DNA from: Candidatus Dormiibacterota bacterium
GTDB taxonomy: Bacteria; Chloroflexota; Dormibacteria; CF-121
Length of the DNA: 64,000 nucleotides
NCBI GenBank assembly: GCA_036732165.1
Contig: DAINCX010000001.1
Coordinates: 81,053-145,052, forward strand
Reading direction: 5' to 3'
Part shown: positions 48,767 through 57,235 of the stretch, piece by piece
How the letters are laid out: every line of letters starts with the position of its first letter
Position numbering within the stretch: position 1 is the first letter of the stretch
Translations under genes and position numbers: made by a program
The notes under the pieces: model-generated
What the model was told of the DNA's origin: nothing
Databases searched by the model: none
The model's input: the letters and a program-made list of their open reading frames with translations, nothing else

Positions 48767-49525
48767 ATGGTGGCCGTAACTCGCATCCTGCCGCGACGTG
48801 CCGGCCTGGCGCTGGTCGGGGCCGCCGCCCTGATGCTGGCGGGTATGCCGACGGGTGTGGCCGCCGACTCCACCTCGAGCACCAGCGCCCAGGTTGACTC
48901 CCTCTGGAACCAGCCACAAGGGGCGCGCGTCGATAGCGCCTTCTACATCGTCCAGTCCTGGTGGGATGGGTTGACGCGGGGGACGCAGCGGGACCCCCGG
49001 CAGCGCGGCCTGCAGGAGTTGGCGCAGGACAACGAGGACCTGTTGAATGCCTACACGCTGTTGCAGGAGCAGCAGGCCGATCCTGGCCCGCACCCGGTTG
49101 CCCTGATCGATCCGATGCTCTCCGGCGTCTACGGCTTCATCTCGGGCGTCCACGTGAAGGCCCCGATCGGCTCGGTGCTCGGCTGGATGAACCAGGGCCT
49201 CGTCCACCTCGAGGGCCGCGGCTCCACCGACGACATCATCAAAAGCCTGCTGCGCGACTACCAGAGGCAGCAGGCGGCGGCCGGGCGTGACCTTGCTCCC
49301 GGACCCGACGATGCGGTCTTGACCGCCAACGGAGCTCGGCAGAGCGCGATGCTGATCAAGATCGCGGACGTGGCCTCATCGAACGCGGATGACGGCGCCC
49401 TGGTCGCGAATGTCACCCCGCCCACAGCCCAGCCGGCTCCGAAGGCCACGAAGCCAGACGCAACCCATGGCAAGAGTGGCGCTTCCCACGGGAAGTCGGG
49501 CGCCCATCCGACGGCCAAGCCGTAA
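48767..49525 (+). CDS. Secreted hypothetical protein
   Basis: A signal peptide is present (LALVGAAALMLAGMPTGVAA). The C-terminus is Pro/Ala/Lys-rich. Confidence 0.5.
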   Translation: MVAVTRILPRRAGLALVGAAALMLAGMPTGVAADSTSSTSAQVDSLWNQPQGARVDSAFYIVQSWWDGLTRGTQRDPRQRGLQELAQDNEDLLNAYTLLQEQQADPGPHPVALIDPMLSGVYGFISGVHVKAPIGSVLGWMNQGLVHLEGRGSTDDIIKSLLRDYQRQQAAAGRDLAPGPDDAVLTANGARQSAMLIKIADVASSNADDGALVANVTPPTAQPAPKATKPDATHGKSGASHGKSGAHPTAKP

Positions 49526-49537
49526 CCGGGTAGGGCC

Positions 49538-49888
49538 TTAGACCTCGTCCTCGTCGTCGACGCCGTCGAGCGTCAGCATGAGCCCGTCCTGCAGGTCATA
49601 GAGGGCGTCCATCGACTCCGCAATCGTCAGGTCCTCGGGCGCTCGATTCCCGAGTGGGTGCTCCATCTCGGCCGCCAGCCGCTGAACTCGGACGGCGAGT
49701 TCGGCCGGCATCTGGGTCTCCTCGGCAATGTTGAGCATCTCGAGCTCATCCAGCAGGCGGTCGATATACCGGATTCGGTTTCGACGCGCGTAGCGCTGCT
49801 CCCGTTCCACATGCCAGCGCTCGCGCAGCGCCGAGATCTGGACCGAGGTCTCCTCGATCATGCGGCCGGTTCCGACTCTGCGAGGCAT
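49538..49888 (-). CDS. Hypothetical acidic protein (about 107-116 aa)
   Basis: This is the C-terminal part of the track ORF 49538..50572. Its upstream 230 codons are an alternative-frame artefact overlapping birA on the other strand. The sequence reads MIEETSVQISALRERWHV...DGVDDEDEV. Confidence 0.45.
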   Translation of the reverse strand: MPRRVGTGRMIEETSVQISALRERWHVEREQRYARRNRIRYIDRLLDELEMLNIAEETQMPAELAVRVQRLAAEMEHPLGNRAPEDLTIAESMDALYDLQDGLMLTLDGVDDEDEV

Positions 49889-49940
49889 GGCTTCCCGAAC
49901 GATTACTGTACGGTCAAAGATCGAATTGGTCAAGAACTCA

Positions 49941-50723
49941 ATGCCCCCCGGGGAGTCCGTCCACCCCTTCGGCCTGGACCATGTGAGCCCCCTGTTGGCG
50001 CCCGGTCCGGTCTCCTGGTTGATCCGGTATGAGCCGTCGACCGACTCCACCCAGGACCTGGCTCGAGCGGCGGCAACGGCCGGGGCGGCGGAGGGGTGGA
50101 CCGTCGTCACCGACTGGCAGCACCAGGGCCGTGGACGCCTCGGCCGGCAGTGGGTGGCGACCGCTGGGCGTGACCTGCTGTTCTCGGCGGTCCTCCGTCC
50201 GCCGGGGCCCTTGCTGAGCCTGCTTCCGCTGCTGGCGGGCCTGGCGGTCGCTGCGGGGCTGCGCGCCGAAACCGGGTTGTCCCTCGATCTGAAATGGCCC
50301 AACGACCTGCTCGCCGACCAACGAAAGCTGGCCGGGATCCTGCTCGAACGTGGGGCGGGCGGCGCCGCCGTGCTCGGCGTGGGGGTCAATGTCAACAGCG
50401 TCGCGGTGGAACTGCCGCCCGGCGCGACCTCCCTTAAGATCGTCCTGGGCCGCGACGTCGGCCGGGAACGGCTGCTCGCCGCTATCCTCGGGGCAATCGG
50501 CGATGCGCTGGCCCACGTCGAGCGCGAGGGAACCGCCTGGATCGTCCCGGCTTGGCGCGCGTCTAGCTCCATGCTGGGGCAGCGAGTCAGCTACCAGCAG
50601 GATGGGACCACCCGTGCCGCCATCGCGGAGGAGATCGAGACCGACGGGGCCCTTTTGGTCCGGCTGGATGACGGCACCCGGCAGCGGCTGTACGCCGGAG
50701 AGGTGCACACGGTGCGGTCCTAG
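49941..50723 (+). CDS. birA: Biotin--[acetyl-CoA-carboxylase] ligase (catalytic domain type, no N-terminal HTH)
   Basis: The motif GRGRLGRQW is present, along with a C-terminal SH3-like tail. The internal start MPPGESV was chosen. Confidence 0.78.
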   Translation: MPPGESVHPFGLDHVSPLLAPGPVSWLIRYEPSTDSTQDLARAAATAGAAEGWTVVTDWQHQGRGRLGRQWVATAGRDLLFSAVLRPPGPLLSLLPLLAGLAVAAGLRAETGLSLDLKWPNDLLADQRKLAGILLERGAGGAAVLGVGVNVNSVAVELPPGATSLKIVLGRDVGRERLLAAILGAIGDALAHVEREGTAWIVPAWRASSSMLGQRVSYQQDGTTRAAIAEEIETDGALLVRLDDGTRQRLYAGEVHTVRS

Positions 50724-50739
50724 CGATACCGACTGTCGG

Positions 50740-51159
50740 TCAGTCGTAGGTCTTCCCGTTGTCCTGGATGTAGCCGCCCGCATGGGTTCCTTGCGGGTCA
50801 TGGTGGGTGAAATGGATCAGGCCCCCCTGTGCGTTCCAGATGTATTCCCCGTGCACCACTACATGGTCGCCTTCCTGAAGGGGAGCCCGCGCGCCGATCG
50901 AAATGTTGTGCTCGACCTCGACCGTGATGCCTCCCGAGGCGAGCTGCAGGATGAACTGCTCATGGACGCCCGTGCCGCTGGTCCGGTCGGACAGCATGCG
51001 CACCACCGTGCCATCGGCCGTCACCTCGACGTTCGACTGGTGGTTCTGGAAATCCTGCACGATCGCCGCGTCATCGGCCGTCGGTGCCGACCCGCAGGCC
51101 GCCAGCGCCAGGGCCAGGCCGAGGCTCAGCAACCGCCTCACGTCCACGACGATACGCAA
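50740..51159 (-). CDS. DUF3465-like lipoprotein
   Basis: The lipobox is LALAACGS. Confidence 0.5.
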   Translation of the reverse strand: MRIVVDVRRLLSLGLALALAACGSAPTADDAAIVQDFQNHQSNVEVTADGTVVRMLSDRTSGTGVHEQFILQLASGGITVEVEHNISIGARAPLQEGDHVVVHGEYIWNAQGGLIHFTHHDPQGTHAGGYIQDNGKTYD

Positions 51160-51202
51160 AAGGGCGGCGCCTGAGCGCCGCCCTACTGACGCAATCCGGG
51201 AT

Positions 51203-51607
51203 TTAGCTGACTTTCACGTCTCCGACCATGCCGGAATGGATGATGCAGTGGTACTTGAAGTCGCCGGCCGCATTGAAAGTCACCACGAACTTCGAGCCCG
51301 AGCCTTGCAGGCAGGAGTCGAACGTGGTGTTGTCATCCGAGGTCACGCTGTGCTGAGCGGAGTTGTCGACCCAGTCCCATTCCACGGTGTCGCCCTTCTT
51401 GGCCGAGACCGTTGCGGGGGCGTATGCCCCGATGGTGCTCGGGTCGGCGTTGATCTTGACGGTCTGGGCCGCGGTGCCGCTTCCGGCGCCCTTCGGGGTG
51501 CAACTGCTGCCGCTGTTATCCCCGGTGCTACCGCTGCCGCTGCCGCCGCAGGCGGCGAGCAGCATCCCGCTCCCGGCCGCGACGATCGCCATCTTCCATG
51601 CGCTCAC
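51203..51607 (-). CDS. Blue-copper (cupredoxin, amicyanin/plastocyanin-like) lipoprotein
   Basis: The lipobox is LLAACGG. Type-1 Cu ligands H...YHCIIHSGM (C-x2-H-x2-M) are present. Confidence 0.8.
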   Translation of the reverse strand: MSAWKMAIVAAGSGMLLAACGGSGSGSTGDNSGSSCTPKGAGSGTAAQTVKINADPSTIGAYAPATVSAKKGDTVEWDWVDNSAQHSVTSDDNTTFDSCLQGSGSKFVVTFNAAGDFKYHCIIHSGMVGDVKVS

Positions 51608-51712
51608 GCTTGCCTCCTTGCTGGTGACGAACTGACGACCCTGAGTCTACGGGCCGATCCGCCACGGACGCCAGCCGATAAGCCGGAATCGACGCGGAAT
51701 CAGGTGCCTACC

Positions 51713-51937
51713 CTACTCGGGAAGGTCGTGGAACTCCCGCCGGGCATCTCGGACCCAGAGCACAAGCGAGCCGGCCGTGACCAGCACGCCGATGGCCAGA
51801 AGGACCAGGTTGAGCACCAGCCCGAGGAGCAGCGCCGCGATGCCGATCGCCAGCACAACCGGCCAGATGCTCGGCGGGGGAAGATGGATGGCGTCGTGCC
51901 CTTCAGGCGACTCGTGCATCGGATCGTGGGCGGCCAT
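51713..51937 (-). CDS. Small 2-TM membrane protein, candidate cytochrome oxidase subunit IV-like
   Basis: 74 aa, located in the cta cluster. The family assignment is from context only. Confidence 0.4.
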   Translation of the reverse strand: MAAHDPMHESPEGHDAIHLPPPSIWPVVLAIGIAALLLGLVLNLVLLAIGVLVTAGSLVLWVRDARREFHDLPE

Positions 51938-51938
51938 A

Positions 51939-52055
51939 TCAGACGAAGCTGTTGTAGAGCATGGCCCAGACGAAGGACAGGCCCAGCATGATCACGGCGG
52001 TGACGAACAACAGAACGCCGAGCCGGACGTTTTTCCGCGCCTCTTCCCTATGCAT
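51939..52055 (-). CDS. Small single-TM protein (38 aa), not in ORF track
   Basis: MHREEARKNVRLGVLLFVTAVIMLGLSFVWAMLYNSFV. It sits between ctaAB and the 74-aa ORF, with 1-nt spacing. Confidence 0.3.
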   Translation of the reverse strand: MHREEARKNVRLGVLLFVTAVIMLGLSFVWAMLYNSFV

Positions 52056-52066
52056 CGGCCACCTGG

Positions 52067-53863
52067 TTAGCCAAGTTTACCAACCATCCGGTCCGCCACC
52101 ATGACAGTAAACAGCAGCGCGAGGTAGGCGATCGAGTAGTCGAAGAGCGGCCGCGACCAGCGGCGACGATGATCGCGCAGGTTGAGGACCGCGAACAGGA
52201 TGAAGGCACCGCCGAGGACAGCGGCCCCGGCCAGGTAGAGGGCGCCCAGCGCCCCGGTGACGAAGAGCATCAGGGTCACGGTGACCAGCAGCAGGGTGTA
52301 CAGGAGGATCTGGCGCTTCGCCTCATCCTCACCGCGAACCACGGGGAGCATCGGGACGCCGACCCGCGCATAGTCGCGCTGGATGCGGAGCGCCAGGGCC
52401 CAGAAATGCGGCGGGGTCCACAGGAAAATGATCGCGAACAGGTAGAGGGCGGTCAGGTCGAGCGAGTGCGTCACCGCGGCCCACCCGACCAGCGGCGGCA
52501 CGGCGCCGGCGGCGCCTCCGATCACGATGTTCTGCGCCGTCGACCGCTTCAGCCAGAGCGTGTAGACGAACACGTAGAAGAGCAGGCCGCTGACGGCGAG
52601 CGTGGCCGCCAGCACGTTCACCCAGAAGGCGAGGAGCACAAAGGCGCCAACGCCAAGCGAGATGCCGAAGGCCAGGGCATGCGCTGGGGCAATCCGGCCA
52701 TCGGGGATGGGGCGCCGTCGCGTCCGGTACATCTCGCCGTCGATGTCGCGGTCGATCCAGCAATTGATGGCCCCGGCACCGGCCGCCGAGAGGGCCCCGC
52801 CGAGCAGGGTCAGGATCACGAGCCCGGTCGAGGGCCAGCCGCGGCTGGCGATCATCATCCCGCCCAGCGCGGTGATCAACAGGAGCACGATGATGCGCGG
52901 CTTGGCGAGACTGACGTAGTCGCGCACGACGTCCCGCGCCGGACGACGTGGCGACCGCGCGGCCGCGCCGCGGAGCCCGACTGGCTCGTCAACCAGCGGA
53001 AGCCGGCTGGCGAGCACGGCCAGCACGACCGTCCCCGCCCAGACGGCGGTGGCCAGCGCGAGATGAAGACCGCGGAGCGCGGCGGGGAGATGCAGCAGCA
53101 CGACAGCCGCCCCAACCGCCACCTGGAGTGCGAGGGCCGTCAAGGTCAGCGCCACCGTGGCCCGCACCGCCGGGTTGCGACGATGGCGCCGCACCACATT
53201 GATCAGCCCGGCGATGATCAGCACGCCGATCAGGGCGGCCATGCCGCGATGGAGCAGCTGGACCGCGGGGAACCGATCGAAGGCAAAGGTGAATCCGCCG
53301 CCACACAGCGGCCAGGCGTTGCAAGCCCCGCTGGCCCCGCTACCGACCACCAGGGACCCGCTGAGGATGAGGAGGTAGGTTCCCACGGCTGCGGCGCGCG
53401 CCCATCGCGCCGCCACGCGGTCAATCGATGGTTGCCCGGGCTCGGTAAAGGTCGCGGTCGCCGTGACGCAGAGCGCGCCCAGCAGAGCCATGGCGGTGGC
53501 GAGGTGCGCCAGGACGATGATGGGCGGCAACTCGAGCCGCACCGTGATGGCACCCAGCAGGACCTGCACGATGAGCAGGGCCAGCGCGATGGTGGCGGGC
53601 GCCACGATGTCCCGCCGGTGCCGCCAGGCCAGCCAGGCCACGCCGGCGGTGACGACGACGAGGGTGCTGGCCAGTGAGGCCGTGGTGCGATGCGAGTATT
53701 CGATGATCGCGTGGAGTTCGAGCGGCGGATAGGGACGCCCGTGACAGAGCGGCCAGTCCGGGCACCCCAGGCCCGAACCGGAGACGCGGACGACGCCGCC
53801 GAGCACCACCAGCGCATAGGTGACCACCGCGGTGACCACCGTCAACGCGCGAAACGCTTTCAC
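52067..53863 (-). CDS. ctaA-ctaB: Fused haem A synthase (CtaA/COX15) - protohaem IX farnesyltransferase (CtaB/COX10)
   Basis: The N-terminal half has GCPDWPLCHG and the His-rich helices of CtaA. The C-terminal half has the UbiA-family prenyltransferase motifs of CtaB (NCWIDRDID, DYARVGVPMLP). Confidence 0.85.
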   Translation of the reverse strand: MKAFRALTVVTAVVTYALVVLGGVVRVSGSGLGCPDWPLCHGRPYPPLELHAIIEYSHRTTASLASTLVVVTAGVAWLAWRHRRDIVAPATIALALLIVQVLLGAITVRLELPPIIVLAHLATAMALLGALCVTATATFTEPGQPSIDRVAARWARAAAVGTYLLILSGSLVVGSGASGACNAWPLCGGGFTFAFDRFPAVQLLHRGMAALIGVLIIAGLINVVRRHRRNPAVRATVALTLTALALQVAVGAAVVLLHLPAALRGLHLALATAVWAGTVVLAVLASRLPLVDEPVGLRGAAARSPRRPARDVVRDYVSLAKPRIIVLLLITALGGMMIASRGWPSTGLVILTLLGGALSAAGAGAINCWIDRDIDGEMYRTRRRPIPDGRIAPAHALAFGISLGVGAFVLLAFWVNVLAATLAVSGLLFYVFVYTLWLKRSTAQNIVIGGAAGAVPPLVGWAAVTHSLDLTALYLFAIIFLWTPPHFWALALRIQRDYARVGVPMLPVVRGEDEAKRQILLYTLLLVTVTLMLFVTGALGALYLAGAAVLGGAFILFAVLNLRDHRRRWSRPLFDYSIAYLALLFTVMVADRMVGKLG

Positions 53864-53875
53864 CCCCGCCCCGGG

Positions 53876-55513
53876 CTACGCGTGCTCGGCCGCCGCCGTG
53901 GCCCCGCGCCGCACATCGCGCAGCGGCCGCGCGCTGCGGACCGGCGGCACGGTGTCGAAGTTATGCGCCGGCGGCGGCGACGAGGTCGCCCACTCGAGCG
54001 TGTTTCCTTCCCACGGATCGGTCGGAGCCCGACGCCCGGCGCGGATACTGATGGCGAAATTGATCATGAAGATCAGGATCGCCGCGGCGATCATGAACGC
54101 CCCGATGGTGGCCACCAGGTTCCAGGTCGCCCAGTCGGTGCGGTTGCTCTGCCAGATCGCGATCCGGCGCGGCATCCCTTCGAGCCCGAGGAAGTGCATG
54201 GGCATGAAGGTGACGTTGAAGCCGACCAGCTGGATCCAGAACTGGAGCTTGCCCAGCGTCTCATTCAGGTAGCGGCCCGTGATCTTGGGAAACCAGTAGT
54301 AAAAGGCCGAGAATACGCCGAAGACGCTGCCCCCGAAGAGGACGTAATGGATGTGGGAAACCACCCAGTAGGTGGCATGGACCTGGTAGTCGACCGCCAG
54401 CGAGGCCATGAAGACGCCGTCGACCCCTCCCATCAGGAACATCAACACGAACCCGACCGAGAACAGCATCGCCGTGGTGTATTTGATGGACCCTCCCCAG
54501 AGGGTCGCAAGCCAGTTCAACACCTTGACCCCCGAGGGCACGCCGATCATGGCCGTCGTCGCCATGAAGAACTCCTGCAGGGCCAGCGGCATCCCGGTGG
54601 TGAACATGTGGTGCGCGAAGACCATGAAACCGAGCACGCCGATGGCCGCCATGGAAAAGGCCATCGCCCGGTAGCCAAAGATCGGTTTGCGGCTGAAGAC
54701 GGGGATCACTTCAGAGACGATCCCGAAGGCGGGCAGGATCATGATGTAGACCGCCGGGTGGGAATAGAACCAGAAGATGAACTGGTAGAGCAGCGGGTCG
54801 GAGCCGTGCTGGAAGAAGTGGGTCCCGAGCTGCCGGTCCATGAGCACCATGGCGAGCACGCCGGCCAGGAAGGGGCTGGCGAGCAGCGTCAGGGCCGCGG
54901 TGACTTCCACCGACCAGACGAAGAGGGGGAGCCGGAACCAGGTCATGCCGGGGGCCCGCATGTTGTGAATGGTCACCAGGAAGTTGATCGCCCCCATGAT
55001 CGAGGCGATGCCCAGGATATGGAGGCCGAGGATCCAGAGATCCTGGCCGACGCCGACGGCATAGGCCCGCTCGGTCAGCGGCACGTAGCCGGTCCAGCCG
55101 GCGGCCGCGGCGCCAGTCTGGGTGAGAAGCCCGCTGTACATGGTGAGCCCGCCAAGTGGGATCAGCCAGAAGGACAGGGCGTTGATCCGCGGGAACGCCA
55201 TGTCGCGGGCGCCGATCATTAGCGGCACGAAATAGTTCCCGAAGCCGGAGAAGACCGGGATGATCCAGAGGAAGATCATGGTGGTCCCGTGGAGGGTCAT
55301 GATCTGGTTGTAGAGCTTCGCGGAGAGGAAGTCGTTGTTCCCGACCGCCAGCTGGGTCCGCATCAAGAGGGCCATGATGCCGCCCACCAGGAAGAAGAAA
55401 AACGTCGTGTAGAGGTACATGATGCCGATCTTCTTGTGGTCGACGGTCGTCAGCCACTCGATCACACCGCTGGATCTCGCGGTGCTCCGGCGGGGAAGCG
55501 CGATGCTTGCCAT
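53876..55513 (-). CDS. ctaD: Cytochrome c oxidase subunit I
   Basis: HKKIGIMYL is present with twelve TM helices. An AAGGAG Shine-Dalgarno lies 6 nt before the ATG at 55513. The track extension to 55648 is low-complexity. Confidence 0.93.
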   Translation of the reverse strand: MASIALPRRSTARSSGVIEWLTTVDHKKIGIMYLYTTFFFFLVGGIMALLMRTQLAVGNNDFLSAKLYNQIMTLHGTTMIFLWIIPVFSGFGNYFVPLMIGARDMAFPRINALSFWLIPLGGLTMYSGLLTQTGAAAAGWTGYVPLTERAYAVGVGQDLWILGLHILGIASIMGAINFLVTIHNMRAPGMTWFRLPLFVWSVEVTAALTLLASPFLAGVLAMVLMDRQLGTHFFQHGSDPLLYQFIFWFYSHPAVYIMILPAFGIVSEVIPVFSRKPIFGYRAMAFSMAAIGVLGFMVFAHHMFTTGMPLALQEFFMATTAMIGVPSGVKVLNWLATLWGGSIKYTTAMLFSVGFVLMFLMGGVDGVFMASLAVDYQVHATYWVVSHIHYVLFGGSVFGVFSAFYYWFPKITGRYLNETLGKLQFWIQLVGFNVTFMPMHFLGLEGMPRRIAIWQSNRTDWATWNLVATIGAFMIAAAILIFMINFAISIRAGRRAPTDPWEGNTLEWATSSPPPAHNFDTVPPVRSARPLRDVRRGATAAAEHA

Positions 55514-55538
55514 CAGTAACTCCTTGCCCTGGTACTCG

Positions 55539-56507
55539 TCATGGGGTGACGGTGATGGTGCCCTGCATGTTGAAGGCCGTGTGGAAGGTGCAGACGTAAT
55601 GGTAGGTGCCCGGTTTGCCGAACTTGAGCTCGTACTTGTCGCCGCCATTCATCGTGTCCGAGGTCGGGACCTGCGAATTGTCGAAGGTGACGTTGTGCGC
55701 GGATGAGCCCTGGTTCACCCACTGGACGACATCCCCGACCTTGACCGTGGCACTGGTCGGGACGAACTTGAACTCGTCGGTTTCGCCAACCGTCTTCGCC
55801 GCGGCAACCCCGGTGACCTTGCTCGCCGTCGCGGGGCCGCCGCCGGGAGGCGGCGTTCCCTGGCCACTGGCCTGTTTTTGACGTTGCGCGTACCACGCCT
55901 GGTAGGCGCTCGGCGTCATCGCCTGGACCTTGACCTGCATCAGGTAGTGCCCGACGCCGCACAGCTCATTGCATTCGCCGTAATAGAAGCCGGGGTGATC
56001 GGCCTGGAGCCAGCCGTGATTCATCTGGCCGGGGATGGCGTAGATCTGTCCGCCCAGTCGGGGGGCCCAGAACGAATGCAGCACGTCGCGGCTGGTGACC
56101 TGGAGCTGGATCGGTTCCCCGGTGGGAATCACCAACGTATCCGACCTGACCCGGCTGTCCGGATAGGTGTACAGCCAGGCGAACTGCACGCCGACGACCT
56201 TGACGGTCATCGCCGGTGGCGGGCCGTTGCGGACGTAGTCCATCCGCAGTGTGGTCCGGATGAAGAGGAAGGACAGGATCACGACCGGGATCAGCGTCCA
56301 GACGATCTCGAGCCGGGTATTGCCGTGAATCTGGGCGGGCTCCCGCTCGTCCCGGCGGCGGAAGCGCAACGCGGCGTAAATCAACAGCCCACCGACGATG
56401 ATGAGGACCGCCATGGCGATCCAGAAGATACCGGTATAGATGCTGAGGATCTCGCAGGCGTTGGGGCCTGCGCAGTCGAGCGGGCTGACATCGACGGCTG
56501 GTATCAC
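55539..56507 (-). CDS. ctaC: Cytochrome c oxidase subunit II with C-terminal fused plastocyanin-like blue-copper domain
   Basis: The CuA site is H...CNELCGVGHYLM. The C-terminal 100 aa carry the type-1 Cu pattern AHNVTF...YHYVCTFHTAFNM (C-x2-H-x4-M) in place of a cytochrome c domain. Confidence 0.88.
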   Translation of the reverse strand: MIPAVDVSPLDCAGPNACEILSIYTGIFWIAMAVLIIVGGLLIYAALRFRRRDEREPAQIHGNTRLEIVWTLIPVVILSFLFIRTTLRMDYVRNGPPPAMTVKVVGVQFAWLYTYPDSRVRSDTLVIPTGEPIQLQVTSRDVLHSFWAPRLGGQIYAIPGQMNHGWLQADHPGFYYGECNELCGVGHYLMQVKVQAMTPSAYQAWYAQRQKQASGQGTPPPGGGPATASKVTGVAAAKTVGETDEFKFVPTSATVKVGDVVQWVNQGSSAHNVTFDNSQVPTSDTMNGGDKYELKFGKPGTYHYVCTFHTAFNMQGTITVTP

Positions 56508-56571
56508 GATGCCTGCAGTCTAAGGATGGCCGCGCGCCACCCGCAAGCCGGTAAGGACCCGATCTGCGCGC

Positions 56572-57006
56572 TCATCGATGGAAGAGCCACCAGCGGCCTC
56601 CAGGCTGCCGCACCCCATTGCGCTCCTGGGCAGTCGCCCGAGCATCATGCATGGCGTCGTACCAGAAGGTGAGCGCGCCAAGGAAGGTCGCGATGAAGAC
56701 CAATAAGGAAAGGATCTCGACGAAGAGCGACAGCAGGACCATCGTGCTGCCGCGGGGTTTCCACCAGGCCAGCAACTCCGCGGTAGCGCCCGGGATGTTC
56801 AGCGTCAGATAGAAAAGGCCGAGCACGCCGGCGAGGAAGATCACCGCCTTTTTGGGTTGGCGATGGTAGAGCTGACCGAGGCCGGGGACCACCGACAACC
56901 AGGTCGCGAGCCGGACGCTCGCGCGGCGTCGCGCGGCCAGGAGCGGCGTGGGGTGCGGTTGAACCATGGGCCTAGCGCTGGAACATGCGGTAGCAGTAGT
57001 AGGCAA
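56572..57006 (-). CDS. Hypothetical membrane protein
   Basis: 144 aa with several TM helices. Confidence 0.4.
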   Translation of the reverse strand: MPTTATACSSARPMVQPHPTPLLAARRRASVRLATWLSVVPGLGQLYHRQPKKAVIFLAGVLGLFYLTLNIPGATAELLAWWKPRGSTMVLLSLFVEILSLLVFIATFLGALTFWYDAMHDARATAQERNGVRQPGGRWWLFHR

Positions 57007-57235
57007 GGATGAGCAGGGTGCCCACCGCCCAGATCAGCACGAAGAAGAAGTCCCCGACTCCCGGGTCTCGGGTCAGATTGAGAAGGTAGATCAGGCCCAG
57101 CACTCAGCCGCCTGCCTTGTGCGCCTTGGTGATGTCGAGCAGATTCTCCGCGACGATCACCATGGCGGTAAAGCCGACCAGGATCGCGAAGGCGACCAGG
57201 GTTCCGATCAGATCCTTGAGCTGCTGGCGTCTCAT
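56972..57235 (-). CDS. Two tandem small single-TM ORFs (43 aa each) separated by an in-frame TGA at 57104-57106
   Basis: ORF 57104..57235 reads MRRQQLKDLIGTLVAFAILVGFTAMVIVAENLLDITKAHKAGG, and its ATG overlaps the cytochrome c stop as ATGA. The codon after the TGA is GTG in the same frame, opening VLGLIYLLNLTRDPGVGDFFFVLIWAVGTLLILAYYCYRMFQR (56972..57103). Neither ORF is in the track. Confidence 0.35.

Noticed and set aside
49538-50572. 344-aa minus-strand ORF opposite birA
   Set aside because: Only the last roughly 110 codons look protein-like. The remainder is antisense to the well-supported birA gene.
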